NCBI GenBank assembly: GCA_016839585.1
Contig: JAEOTZ010000044.1
Location: 1 to 43,532, forward strand
Source: Promethearchaeota archaeon
GTDB taxonomy: Archaea; Asgardarchaeota; Lokiarchaeia; Sigyniarchaeales; SOKP01
Direction: 5' to 3'
Length of the DNA: 43,532 nt
Part shown: positions 28,304 to 38,436 of the stretch, in pieces
Position numbering within the stretch: position 1 is the stretch's first letter
How the letters are laid out: every line of letters begins with the position of its first letter
Notes under the pieces: generated by a model
The model's database searches: none
Told to the model about the DNA's origin: nothing
The model's input: only the letters and a program-made list of their open reading frames with translations
Translations under genes and position numbers: made by a program

Positions 28304-31300
28304 TTAGTTTCTTACAGCTTCTTCGTGTGAGTCTTCAGCCCCTTCTATTGTTCGGGCAAGAATTAAGAGAGTATCCTCATCGGTAAGAACATCCTCAATT
28401 AGTTGTTCTAGTCTAGTTATTGTCATCGATATGATAATATAGCCTGTAAGATTAGCAATTTCGTATGAACTCCCTTGTTCAAATACAAATTCACTGAGAT
28501 TGATATAAGTTTCATTAATATAGATAGAATCAATTGTGACATTCCATTTACCATAATTATTGATTCGAATTGTGAGCTTGTCATCACCAAGATCTGCTGT
28601 GGTCCCTGATCCATCTATCTCAATATTGTAGAATTCTGAATTAACTTTTGCGTATAATGTTTCATTATCTTCAGCAGTGGAGTAGGTAGTTACTCTTACA
28701 TTAATTTCATTTGATTTATTTATCTTTAATCCGGGAATATCAAAGGAAACGACCGCACATTCTTGTACATCTATAATAGCATTTCCATAGATAAATTCAA
28801 CCTCATTGCTATTTGAGCAATTTAGTATTACTGTCTCATTAATATATACGCTATCTAAAGTTACTGGAATATTTCCAGTATTTTTAATAACTAAACTTCC
28901 TGTTTCATTCGCATAAATGTAGGAAATTGATGTACCCTCAACATTCTCTATTATTTGAATATCTGGATTATTCCTTGTAGTGTGAATATAACCGATATCT
29001 GAAGCTACTGTTTCTCCGAAGCTTGTTGTAACACAGAGGAGTATTTCTTCATTAACTTCACCGTCAATATAGTCAGTTGCATCAACAACAATAATTTCTT
29101 CTTCATTTGGATATAAAATTTCATCATCAACAAGATAGTCGATATCTTCAGGAATAACTTCTTCCAAAGATTCTGTGAGATATATCGGACCTAAGGCATA
29201 AATACTATCCCCAGTATTTTTAACATATATTTTTATAATAGTACTGCCGTTATCATATATATAAGCATGTGTCTTGTTAAAATCTATTGGTATATGTTTT
29301 CTATAATAGCTTTCGATCGATGATGCTGCTAATTCAGGTGATAAAATTCTATCATCATTATAAATTGTAATAGAATTGTTCTCCTGACTTGATGTAAATA
29401 AAACTTCATCTCTAATATCATTTGGAGTGACTACACCGATCTTATTAAATTTTCCAATAGGATAAAACGATACAGGGGATTCTTCCAAGTATATTGTCGC
29501 TTTTTCTCCTGGATATAGTATCGAAGAACCACTAAGATATTCAATATTCTCGTTGAGAAATCTATTACTGACTATATCGTCATTTACATAAAACCTATCG
29601 AGAACAACAATAGATTCTCCTACATTCTCCACCTCAAGGAGAGCATTAGCATGATTCTCATCAATCTGAATAACTTCACTATTTGCTTTATTGATGTGTA
29701 TAGCTCCTTCTCCCCCTTCTTTAACAAAAAAGTTACTTGTAGAATTCGAAAATGTAAATATTTTTTGTTCTAGTGCCTCTGATTCGGCTGAAACATTTAT
29801 ACTTACAACATCATTTTTTTTAAAAGTTGTACCTCCTGATTTTATATCAACCCAAACGAGATCATCTTCTCCTGCATCTACTATTTGTGTATTTATTCCT
29901 TTACCTAAGGTAAAATTATAATCCTTCCCATTAACTTCTACACCTGTTATCTGTAAGTCCTTCGTTCCAATGTTATCTAATTTAAAGGTACCATATCCAC
30001 TATCAAATACTTCTGGATTGGTTATCATAAATTTTGAATCTAGAGCTGTATAATCCACTTTATATAATTTTACCATTCCATTCGGTGAAAAATGTTCTGG
30101 AACAAAGACATTAGAATCATATTGTCCATTTGGTGGTATATAGTCTGCCCAAACACCGCCATCATCAGTTTGTCGCCGATTAATTTGATTAGCGTAATTA
30201 TATGCTAAAGTACCTTCAGTTGTAGATCCAGGATCTGTTGGTACTCCGTAAAACATTAGTTTTACTAATTGACTCTCAAACCATTTTGCTCCCATAGCTC
30301 CAGTTGTTGAATTTTGATATTCATTTTCATCAAATACAGCATTTTCAGCCCAGTTATCCTTTTCAAGACCCATTTCCTTGTAAGTTTCATAGTGATCATT
30401 ACATATGCGAACCATCCAAGGCCATTTGCCTTCATCCCCACCTAATCCAGAATATAAAAATCCAAAATATACTAATACATAATCCGCCTTCAATCTATGA
30501 AATAACTCTGCACTATAAATTTCGTTTGTTTGCATGAATGCCATTCCTGTCATTCCTATTCTCTCGCCTTTAAAAGTGGCATTATCGTTAACCGTCGTTA
30601 CGTTTCCTATAGGTGTGAGCCAATACCCATAATCCCACCATGAAACTACAACAGAAGTACCTGGTAAATTATTTTTCATCCAAAGTAATGATTCTTCCCA
30701 ATCATGAAGCAGTCCTGCAGGTGTAATTTGACTGTATGATAATCGATCAATTGAAACATCTACGGCATGAACTACCTGAGCAACACATAAGAATCCCACA
30801 ATAAAATAAACTGCTAGCACTTCGGTATTACCCACAGTACCTTTAACCTGTCTCCTCCGTTTTCTACTTACTCCCCGTTTTTGTTCTCCTATAAAACCAC
30901 CATAAATCTTTAAAATGTTAACCAATCCATAGGCGCCTATTAGAGATGCGGCAGGAGCAAATAATAGGATTACGCGGATCATAGCTCCAGTGAAATAGAA
31001 CAACAATAATACGAATACTATCATAAAAATATCAGGAGCGTTTAATTTCTTTAAACAAAAATAGATTCCAAGTGGTACTAAAATTAATGGAATCAGAATA
31101 TTATAGTAAAATACACCCCAGGCACTTGGATTTTGCTCTGCAACTGAGGCAACCAGACTCATACCTTCTCGTACTAATGGATTTAGTAGAACATAAAATC
31201 TGCCACCAAAACCAAAAGGAATAAGTGCAGGATCAATCCAGATAAGTATCGCAACAATCAATATCACCGGAATAAGCCCCCATTTTATAAGATTAATTAA

Positions 31301-32215
31301 TCCATTATAAAATCTAGGATATTCATTTTTCTTTGTATAAATTAAATGAAAAATAATTAAAATAATTGTAAAGAGAAAAATTCCTCCTGTTTCTAAGCTC
31401 GAGAATAAAGTTTCAGGGTTAAAATTAATATATAATGAGAATATTAATAAACCAGTACCTTGAGCTCCAGCATATGCTATTAAAATATGTTCATTATATT
31501 TCTTTATCAAAATTAGAATAATGCAAATTAGCGGGATAATTAAGTATGCAAATTGATATCCACCCCAACTTAAGGATAAATAACCTAAAAACACTCCACT
31601 TAATATTGAATAAGATATTTTTCCTGTTCGTATCGCTTTTAGAAAAAATAAAAAGATCATTAAAACACTAAAAACACCTATTGTTTCATTATCAAAAAAG
31701 CCAGCAATGGTGCGTTGAAGAAAGCCAATATTAAAAGCTAAAAAGAAAGCAGCCATAAGACCCGTTCCTTTACTATGCACTTCCTTTCCTAAAAAATACA
31801 TAACAAGGACCGTAATGCCACCCATAATTGCTGGGAAGAAATAACAAATATGATATAATGAGACAGGTATTCCGAGAAAATTAAAGGTTTTATAAATTGC
31901 GACAACTGTAAACGTCAATCCGGGACGTAATGTACTTCGAAAATAACCTTCAGGGTACCAACTCTTAAAATCTCGCCAATTAAAATATTCGTAAAATGAA
32001 TGGGTTGAAAGATATTCTGCGTTATAATATTGTATCCATGGATCAAAAGCTTTAATAAGAAGTGGTCCTCTTAGGACTGGAGTAAGCCTTACAACTATAG
32101 CTAGGGTGACAAGTAGGAATAGTGTTATGAATAATAATATATTTCGAGTTTTGAGTGATACAGAAGCTCGAGCGCGATCACGGAAATTTCTAATTGAAGC
32201 AATAACTCTAGGCAT
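28304..32215 (-). CDS. aglB: Oligosaccharyltransferase STT3/AglB with a long C-terminal extension of five beta-sandwich repeats
   Basis: FDPW, GFFDNE, SWGGY, SVAEQ, WWDYG, DNAT and the DK motif GGDEGKWPWMVRI; about 13 TM segments; 1303 aa. Confidence 0.95.
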   Translation of the reverse strand: MPRVIASIRNFRDRARASVSLKTRNILLFITLFLLVTLAIVVRLTPVLRGPLLIKAFDPWIQYYNAEYLSTHSFYEYFNWRDFKSWYPEGYFRSTLRPGLTFTVVAIYKTFNFLGIPVSLYHICYFFPAIMGGITVLVMYFLGKEVHSKGTGLMAAFFLAFNIGFLQRTIAGFFDNETIGVFSVLMIFLFFLKAIRTGKISYSILSGVFLGYLSLSWGGYQFAYLIIPLICIILILIKKYNEHILIAYAGAQGTGLLIFSLYINFNPETLFSSLETGGIFLFTIILIIFHLIYTKKNEYPRFYNGLINLIKWGLIPVILIVAILIWIDPALIPFGFGGRFYVLLNPLVREGMSLVASVAEQNPSAWGVFYYNILIPLILVPLGIYFCLKKLNAPDIFMIVFVLLLFYFTGAMIRVILLFAPAASLIGAYGLVNILKIYGGFIGEQKRGVSRKRRRQVKGTVGNTEVLAVYFIVGFLCVAQVVHAVDVSIDRLSYSQITPAGLLHDWEESLLWMKNNLPGTSVVVSWWDYGYWLTPIGNVTTVNDNATFKGERIGMTGMAFMQTNEIYSAELFHRLKADYVLVYFGFLYSGLGGDEGKWPWMVRICNDHYETYKEMGLEKDNWAENAVFDENEYQNSTTGAMGAKWFESQLVKLMFYGVPTDPGSTTEGTLAYNYANQINRRQTDDGGVWADYIPPNGQYDSNVFVPEHFSPNGMVKLYKVDYTALDSKFMITNPEVFDSGYGTFKLDNIGTKDLQITGVEVNGKDYNFTLGKGINTQIVDAGEDDLVWVDIKSGGTTFKKNDVVSINVSAESEALEQKIFTFSNSTSNFFVKEGGEGAIHINKANSEVIQIDENHANALLEVENVGESIVVLDRFYVNDDIVSNRFLNENIEYLSGSSILYPGEKATIYLEESPVSFYPIGKFNKIGVVTPNDIRDEVLFTSSQENNSITIYNDDRILSPELAASSIESYYRKHIPIDFNKTHAYIYDNGSTIIKIYVKNTGDSIYALGPIYLTESLEEVIPEDIDYLVDDEILYPNEEEIIVVDATDYIDGEVNEEILLCVTTSFGETVASDIGYIHTTRNNPDIQIIENVEGTSISYIYANETGSLVIKNTGNIPVTLDSVYINETVILNCSNSNEVEFIYGNAIIDVQECAVVSFDIPGLKINKSNEINVRVTTYSTAEDNETLYAKVNSEFYNIEIDGSGTTADLGDDKLTIRINNYGKWNVTIDSIYINETYINLSEFVFEQGSSYEIANLTGYIIISMTITRLEQLIEDVLTDEDTLLILARTIEGAEDSHEEAVRN

Positions 32216-32425
32216 TATTTTTTAAATAAGTTTTTTAAAATATTTAGCTAAAAAGCATAATGAAATTTTGAATATAAAAAAAATCCCTCTCTTTAAAATG
32301 TTATCCTTTAATAGAAACATATTACAATATTCTAAAACTTTGAAAAGAATTTATGAGTTTTAGATTTTTAATAATTTTTATAAGGATAATAAAATTAATT
32401 TCTTGAAATATTACTACTAAATGTC

Positions 32426-33271
32426 ATGGAAAGATGTAGATTTCTCTTTAAAATGTATTATATAGGCTCTAAAAAATTTTATGGTTCTCAGAGACAAAAG
32501 AATATTTTAACTATAGAAGATTGTCTTTTAAATGCTTTAATTATGAACGGATATTTTAGAGATATTAAAAAGGCGGGATTAGAATTTGCAAGTAGAACCG
32601 ATAGGTTTGTATCTGCTCGTTCTTCCTGTTTCTCTTTCATTTCAGTAAAACAACCAATTTTAATGGAAATTAATTCAGCATTACCTAAAGATATAGGTGT
32701 TTGGGCTCACTCAGAAGTGTCAATGAATTTTTCATCTAGATATGATGCTATTCTACGTCATTATAAATATATTGTTCCTGAATCACTTATATCTCTTCAA
32801 AAACAACATTCTTTAAATTTAGAGATAATGGAAAAAGCTTGTAGAGAATTAGAAGGAACCCATGATTTCATTAATTTCTCTAAAAGAGAAAAACTAGAAA
32901 AAAAAACTGTTAGAGAACTAGAAGTTGTAAAGATGACTATTGATAAGGATTTCATAATATTTGATTTTCTAGGTAAGTCCTTTCTTAGACAACAAATTCG
33001 TAGAATGGTACAAAAGATATTAGGACTTGGTATGGGAGAGATTGACTATGATGATTTTTTATCATTATTTGACAGCTCAAGAGATATTTCTTACCAAGCG
33101 GCAGATCCAAGAGGATTGATACTGTGGGATATAATTTATGACGAAAAGATTAAGTTTTTAGAAGATAAAAAATCAAAAGAAAGAATGGAAAATTATTTCA
33201 TAAATAAAGAGTTAAAATATCATTTTAAACAGCAATTATTCCGAATCTTGCAACGAAACAATTCTAGCTAA
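32426..33271 (+). CDS. truA: tRNA pseudouridine(38-40) synthase
   Basis: YIGSKKFYGSQRQ, ASRTDRFVSA, RHYKY, EGTHDFINF and SFLRQQIRRMV. Confidence 0.93.
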   Translation: MERCRFLFKMYYIGSKKFYGSQRQKNILTIEDCLLNALIMNGYFRDIKKAGLEFASRTDRFVSARSSCFSFISVKQPILMEINSALPKDIGVWAHSEVSMNFSSRYDAILRHYKYIVPESLISLQKQHSLNLEIMEKACRELEGTHDFINFSKREKLEKKTVRELEVVKMTIDKDFIIFDFLGKSFLRQQIRRMVQKILGLGMGEIDYDDFLSLFDSSRDISYQAADPRGLILWDIIYDEKIKFLEDKKSKERMENYFINKELKYHFKQQLFRILQRNNSS

Positions 33272-34207
33272 TAATGCTTGTAATTGAATTTCTTCTGTAC
33301 TACCTTGACTCAATCGAAATTCAAATTCAGCTAAAATTTTAGATAATTCAATTTTTAAATCTTCTATTATATTCAAATTGTAGACTTCTCTATGAATATT
33401 TTTTATAATATTTTGACCTGAAAGACCATAATTATTGATTAAATCATATAATAGTTTTATTGAAAGTTGTAATTGACCTTCTATGGCAGTTTGTAAAATT
33501 TCTTTTATTTTTTCCGGAGGTACTTCACCTGCTACTCGAAAAACAATTTCTTGATCTATTTTTTTAGAAATAGTTCCACAGGATTGCAAATAATTTATCG
33601 CTCTTCTACAATCTCCTCTAGAAACGTCAGTTAAAGCGTTTAAACCATCAGGCTTGAGTGTGATATTCTCTTGTTGAGCGATATATTTTACCCTTTTTTT
33701 AATATCGTCATTATTCAAAGAAGAAAATCTAAATACAACACATCTAGATTGAATGGGGGGTATTATTTTATTAGAATAATTGCATATTAAAATCATCCGG
33801 CAGTTATTTGTATATTTTTCCATTGTTCTTCTTAATGCTTGTTGAGCCGGAGAAGTCATATTATCGGCTTCATCTAAAATTAAGATTTTAAAAAATATAT
33901 CAATAGGGGGTCTAGCTTTTGCGAAATCTTTAATATAAGTTCTTATAACATCAATACCTCGAGCATCACTCGCATTTAACTCTAAATATGTTCTATTAAC
34001 TAACATTTTTCTACCATATAGTTCTCGAACTATTGCTAATGCTGAAGTGGTTTTACCTGTTCCAGCAGGACCAGCAAAAATCAAATGTGGCATTGATTTA
34101 TCTTTGACAAATTGTTTTAAACGCTTAATAATACCTATTTGGTTTACTAAATCATCCAATATCCTTGGTCGATACTTCTCGACCCATGGTCTATTTTCAA
34201 AAGACAT
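33236..34207 (-). CDS. rfcS: Replication factor C small subunit
   Basis: PWVEKYRP, GPAGTGKT, ELNASDARG, LDEAD and IQSRC; no intein. Confidence 0.96.
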   Translation of the reverse strand: MSFENRPWVEKYRPRILDDLVNQIGIIKRLKQFVKDKSMPHLIFAGPAGTGKTTSALAIVRELYGRKMLVNRTYLELNASDARGIDVIRTYIKDFAKARPPIDIFFKILILDEADNMTSPAQQALRRTMEKYTNNCRMILICNYSNKIIPPIQSRCVVFRFSSLNNDDIKKRVKYIAQQENITLKPDGLNALTDVSRGDCRRAINYLQSCGTISKKIDQEIVFRVAGEVPPEKIKEILQTAIEGQLQLSIKLLYDLINNYGLSGQNIIKNIHREVYNLNIIEDLKIELSKILAEFEFRLSQGSTEEIQLQALLARIVSLQDSE

Positions 34208-34324
34208 TATTTATTGAATTTAAAATGAAAATTTATATTAATATAAAAGAAGAAATTATTAAGAATTAATTCTTCTTACTTCTTTTTAATGATTTAAATT
34301 AAAAAAAATTAATGAGATTTTTTT

Positions 34325-35632
34325 ATGAATGATTTTAAAATAACAAAAATTAAAGCTAGATGGATTTTAGATTCTAGAGGGAATCCTACCGTAGAATCAG
34401 ATGTTTATGTTGGAAATGTTTTCTCTAGAGCAGCAGTACCTTCAGGCGCCTCAACTGGTGCTTTAGAGGCACTTGAACTACGAGATGGAGGGAAAGCTTT
34501 TATGGGAAAACATGTTACTAAAGCAGTGACAAATATCAATGAAATACTCGCAAAAAAATTAACAGGTTTTGATGTAAGAGAACAAACAAAATTAGATGAA
34601 GAAATGATTAGAATCGACGGAACAGAAAACAAGAGCAAATTAGGCGCTAATGCAATATTATCTATTTCATTAGCAGTAGCAAAATTAGCAGCTAAATTGC
34701 TGAATAAACCATTATTTGTACATTTAAATGAGTTAACTTACAATGAGACTCGAGAACAATACTTATTACCTTTGCCATGTTGTAATATCATTAATGGGGG
34801 GGAACATGCTGGAAATAATTTAGCAATACAAGAATTTATGGTATTACCAATAGGAGCCCCAACCTTCTCTAAAGCAATTCAAAATGCAGCAGAAGTATAT
34901 CATACTTTGAAAAAATTATTAGGAAAAAAGTATGGACCCTCTGCTGTTAATGTTGGTGATGAAGGAGGATTTGCACCAAATTTGTCAGAAACTCGAGATG
35001 CAATAAATATCATTATAGAGGCTATTGAGGAGGTAGGATTTATGATGGGAACTGATTTTGTAATAGGAATGGATGCGGCTGCAAGTGAATTTTTCAAAGA
35101 TGATTTATATAATATAGATGGTAGGAAACTAACAGAAGAAGAATTATTACAATATTACCTTGATTTAATTCATGATTATCCTTTGAAATCTATTGAAGAC
35201 CCATTTGATGAAAAAGCATTTAGAAGTTTTACAAATTTAACAATCAAAGTTGATAAGTCAATTCAGATTGTAGATGATGATCTTACTGTTACAAATATCA
35301 AATTACTTGAGAAAGCAATTAAAGAAAAAGCCGGAAATGCATTATTACTTAAAGTTAATCAAATTGGATCCTTATCAGAAGCAATTAATGCATGTAAAAT
35401 GTCATTTAGAAATGGATTTAATGTAATGGTTTCACATAGATCTGGTGAAACTGAAGATCCATTTATTGCAGATTTAGCAGTTGGACTTTGTAGTGGTCAA
35501 ATAAAAACAGGGGCTCCAGCAAGATCTGATCGAAATTGTAAATATAATCAGCTTCTCAGAATCGAGGAACTATTGGAAAGTAATGCAAAATATCCTAAAA
35601 GTTTAGACTCCTGGAAAGATTTTCAAAAATAA
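34325..35632 (+). CDS. eno: Enolase
   Basis: DSRGNPTVE, VPSGASTG, GDEGGFAP, LLKVNQIG and SHRSGETED. Confidence 0.97.
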   Translation: MNDFKITKIKARWILDSRGNPTVESDVYVGNVFSRAAVPSGASTGALEALELRDGGKAFMGKHVTKAVTNINEILAKKLTGFDVREQTKLDEEMIRIDGTENKSKLGANAILSISLAVAKLAAKLLNKPLFVHLNELTYNETREQYLLPLPCCNIINGGEHAGNNLAIQEFMVLPIGAPTFSKAIQNAAEVYHTLKKLLGKKYGPSAVNVGDEGGFAPNLSETRDAINIIIEAIEEVGFMMGTDFVIGMDAAASEFFKDDLYNIDGRKLTEEELLQYYLDLIHDYPLKSIEDPFDEKAFRSFTNLTIKVDKSIQIVDDDLTVTNIKLLEKAIKEKAGNALLLKVNQIGSLSEAINACKMSFRNGFNVMVSHRSGETEDPFIADLAVGLCSGQIKTGAPARSDRNCKYNQLLRIEELLESNAKYPKSLDSWKDFQK

Positions 35633-35657
35633 TAATATAATTTTTGTTAAATTTCTT

Positions 35658-36302
35658 TTACATTTTGATAAATCTATAAATATTCACATCAATTTTTTTC
35701 TTTTTTTGAGTGTGAAATTGAAACGTTTTTTCAAGAACCAATTTTAATGGAAACACATAATCTATAATCCAATTAAATTTTTTAATGAATTTTAAAATAA
35801 ATCTATGAATTTTATCACTAGCTAAATGTATTGAGTATACAACATCAGAAAAGGTAAATGCTCTTTCCAAAAAGATTCTATCAGCAGTTTTTCTTTGTAC
35901 TCCAAATGGTGGGTTCATTATAGTTGTTATTTTCATATTATAAGGCAAAAGAAGTCTTTTAATTTCAAAATTATTTATATCAGAACATATAGGAAAAATT
36001 ATTTGTTCAAGATCGAGAGATTGAATATTTCTCTTTAAAACTGTCAACGCATCCCAGTCAATGTCAATACTTATTACGATATGGGCTTTCATAAAGGCAC
36101 AAGCTATAGATAATCTACCTGTTCCAGTGCCGAGGTCAAATATTAAATTATGCTTAATATCATTAAATTCAAAACCCGCAAAAAAAATGATATCAACCGC
36201 ACTTTTTGCGTCGATGCAATATTGTTCTAATTCTATCTTAGGTTTAATGAAGGTTTCAGTGTTTTGTATTATAGAAACTAATTCCTTTTTGTTGATTTTC
36301 AT
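35658..36302 (-). CDS. METTL5-like N6-adenine methyltransferase (COG2263)
   Basis: PKIELEQY, DLGTGTG, MNPPFG, VYSIH and FHTQKKK. Confidence 0.9.
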   Translation of the reverse strand: MKINKKELVSIIQNTETFIKPKIELEQYCIDAKSAVDIIFFAGFEFNDIKHNLIFDLGTGTGRLSIACAFMKAHIVISIDIDWDALTVLKRNIQSLDLEQIIFPICSDINNFEIKRLLLPYNMKITTIMNPPFGVQRKTADRIFLERAFTFSDVVYSIHLASDKIHRFILKFIKKFNWIIDYVFPLKLVLEKTFQFHTQKKKKIDVNIYRFIKM

Positions 36303-36419
36303 CCGATAAATTGTTTACTCTTTTATGATTAAATTTATAATAAAATTTATTTATTTTATTTAATAATATTTACTTAAAATTGAAAGAGATTGAGAAATTA
36401 AAAAATTATATCGATAATT

Positions 36420-37019
36420 ATGAGTAAAAAGCTATTTAAAAATAAAGATATTGTTCTAACTGGACAATACCTTGGAGTAGTAGAAGAATTTTTACCTGAT
36501 AAACAAACTACTTTTATTAAGGAAGGGCAAATTTATGCTAGCAAATCAGGTTTAATTAATATAGATGAAAAAAAGAGAGAAATAGAGATAAAAACTCATC
36601 AAGAAAAAGATAGGAAAGTAGTAAGAAAAGGAGATATTGTGATAGGCACAATACTTTTTCTAAGACAATATTCTGTTGGTGTTAATTTTTATACAGTAAA
36701 TAGTAAAATTCATTTTAATAGTTATTATTTTGGAAATATTCATGTTTCTCAGGTTTCAGATAGATATATTGATAAAATTTATGATGCTTTCCAAATAACC
36801 GATATTTTAAGAGCACGTGTTATTGAGCAAAATTACAATGAGTACAAGTTAAGTACTGTTGGTAAAAGTTTAGGAGTTATTTATGCTGATTGTATGATCT
36901 GTGGAACTCCTCTTAAAAAGATCGGTTTTAATAAGCTAAGATGCCAGAGATGCGGTAATGTCGAAACGAGAAAAATTGCTAATGATTATGGAAATGTAAA
37001 TGAAAGTTTAAGATTTTAA
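36420..37019 (+). CDS. csl4: Exosome cap protein Csl4
   Basis: VLTGQYLGVVEEF, S1 domain IHVSQVS...DILRARV, LGVIYA and the Zn ribbon CMICG...CQRCGNVETRK. Confidence 0.92.
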   Translation: MSKKLFKNKDIVLTGQYLGVVEEFLPDKQTTFIKEGQIYASKSGLINIDEKKREIEIKTHQEKDRKVVRKGDIVIGTILFLRQYSVGVNFYTVNSKIHFNSYYFGNIHVSQVSDRYIDKIYDAFQITDILRARVIEQNYNEYKLSTVGKSLGVIYADCMICGTPLKKIGFNKLRCQRCGNVETRKIANDYGNVNESLRF

Positions 37020-37091
37020 TTTATAACTTAAGTGAAAATTTATTTATTAGATATATATTACACTCCAATTGAATTAAATAAGGGTAAATTT

Positions 37092-37310
37092 TTGAGAAAA
37101 ACAGGAAGAAAAGTTGTTCGTTTTTACAATAATAGCGGTTCTTTAGATAATGTAGTTAAATTTCTTGAAGACATTCAGAAAAAAATAGATTATCTTAATT
37201 TAAATATTACTGTTGAAGGAAAAGATATTAAAATAACATTATTTGGAACGAGAGATCTTCAATATTTAGCATGTGAAAGATTAAAAGATTTGGCAAATCG
37301 ATACTTATAA
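37092..37310 (+). CDS. Small hypothetical protein, possibly related to the DUF2067 N-terminal domain
   Basis: Alternating beta/alpha pattern (NITVEGKDIKITLFG...ERLKDL) and position between csl4 and rpoL. Start uncertain (GTG 37032 or TTG 37092). Confidence 0.5.
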   Translation: MRKTGRKVVRFYNNSGSLDNVVKFLEDIQKKIDYLNLNITVEGKDIKITLFGTRDLQYLACERLKDLANRYL

Positions 37311-37398
37311 AATTTTGTTTTGTTATTCAGTAAACCATAAAAAATTTATTTTATAACCTATTATTATTAACAAATCCGAATAATTTGGAGTTAAACTA

Positions 37399-37920
37399 AT
37401 GGCAAAGAAAAAGTCAGTTAAACCAAAAGAAGAAAAAGACGAAGAATTCGATGAATTAGAAGATGAATTATTGGAAGATGAGGATTTTGAAAGCGTTTAT
37501 CCTAAATTAGAAAAGGAAACAAAGGAAGATGATGATAAATCAGGAATACCCTCAACTGTAGATAATGAAGTTAGCGAATATCCAGAAGAAGAATTAGAAT
37601 ATGAGATGGAAGAAGAAGTTAAATTTCCTAGTTATAGATATCTGAATCTAAAAATAAAGAAGGATATTGGTAAGAATGATTATGAGTTAATTGTTGAAGG
37701 GCAATCTCATGGATTTTGTAATATTCTTGTTAAACATATTTTAGAGATCGAAGGAGTAAATATTGCTGCTTATAAAGATATTAAACTTGAACCTTCAACC
37801 ATTTTCATCAGACTTGAAAATTCAAAAAAATATAAAATTAAAGAGATTCTTAATAAAGGGATTGAATCTTTAAGAGATGAAGTAACAGAGGTTCATAAGC
37901 TATTTAAAAAGATTACTTAA
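37399..37920 (+). CDS. rpoL: RNA polymerase subunit Rpo11 (L) with acidic N-terminal extension
   Basis: YELIVEGQSHGFCNIL...IEGVNIAAY matches the RpoL GEDHTLxNLL...GVxxAAY pattern; conserved position downstream of csl4. Confidence 0.8.
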   Translation: MAKKKSVKPKEEKDEEFDELEDELLEDEDFESVYPKLEKETKEDDDKSGIPSTVDNEVSEYPEEELEYEMEEEVKFPSYRYLNLKIKKDIGKNDYELIVEGQSHGFCNILVKHILEIEGVNIAAYKDIKLEPSTIFIRLENSKKYKIKEILNKGIESLRDEVTEVHKLFKKIT

Positions 37921-37979
37921 ATTAATATTCATCTTTTTTTATGAAAAATTTATAAGAAGCAATAAATCAACTTATCTTA

Positions 37980-38432
37980 ATGGTTTATGAGTTTTTAATT
38001 AAGGACTTAAATAGAATTAAATCTCAAAAGAGCATAGGAACTGACAAAGGCTTAGCAAAAATAGGAGACGGAATAGTTAATCTTGCATACTCGGTTGCCA
38101 AGTCCATTTTTTTGACAAAAAATAATTTAAGAGATAAAATTTTTAGAACAGGTTCTAAAGTTAGCAAACAGATTCTGGCAAATGCATTAAAAAATGCTGA
38201 TATGAAAGATTTTGCGAAAAACAGAGCTGATGCTCATGATCTCGCTGACACTGGAGAAGCTCTAGTTGCTTATGTATGGTTAAGTAAAAATTTGACTTTA
38301 AATGGAATCATAGATTTTCTTACTAATAATTTATCAGGCGATTTAACAAATAGATCTGAAGAAATTAAAAGTGCCACTATAGCTTTTACTAATTTATTTA
38401 TTAATATTAGAAAATTCTTACCTGAGAAATGA
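37980..38432 (+). CDS. Archaeal RNase III-like domain protein
   Basis: DKGLAKIGDGIVNLAYS...KVSKQILANAL...DAHDLADTGEALVAY; known neighbour of rpoL/DUF99 in archaea. Confidence 0.8.
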   Translation: MVYEFLIKDLNRIKSQKSIGTDKGLAKIGDGIVNLAYSVAKSIFLTKNNLRDKIFRTGSKVSKQILANALKNADMKDFAKNRADAHDLADTGEALVAYVWLSKNLTLNGIIDFLTNNLSGDLTNRSEEIKSATIAFTNLFINIRKFLPEK

Positions 38433-38436
38433 TAAA

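Noticed and set aside
34244-34288. Palindrome AAGAATTAATTCTT within a longer loose inverted repeat between rfcS and eno
   Set aside because: Almost purely A/T in a very AT-rich divergent promoter region; not distinguishable from background.
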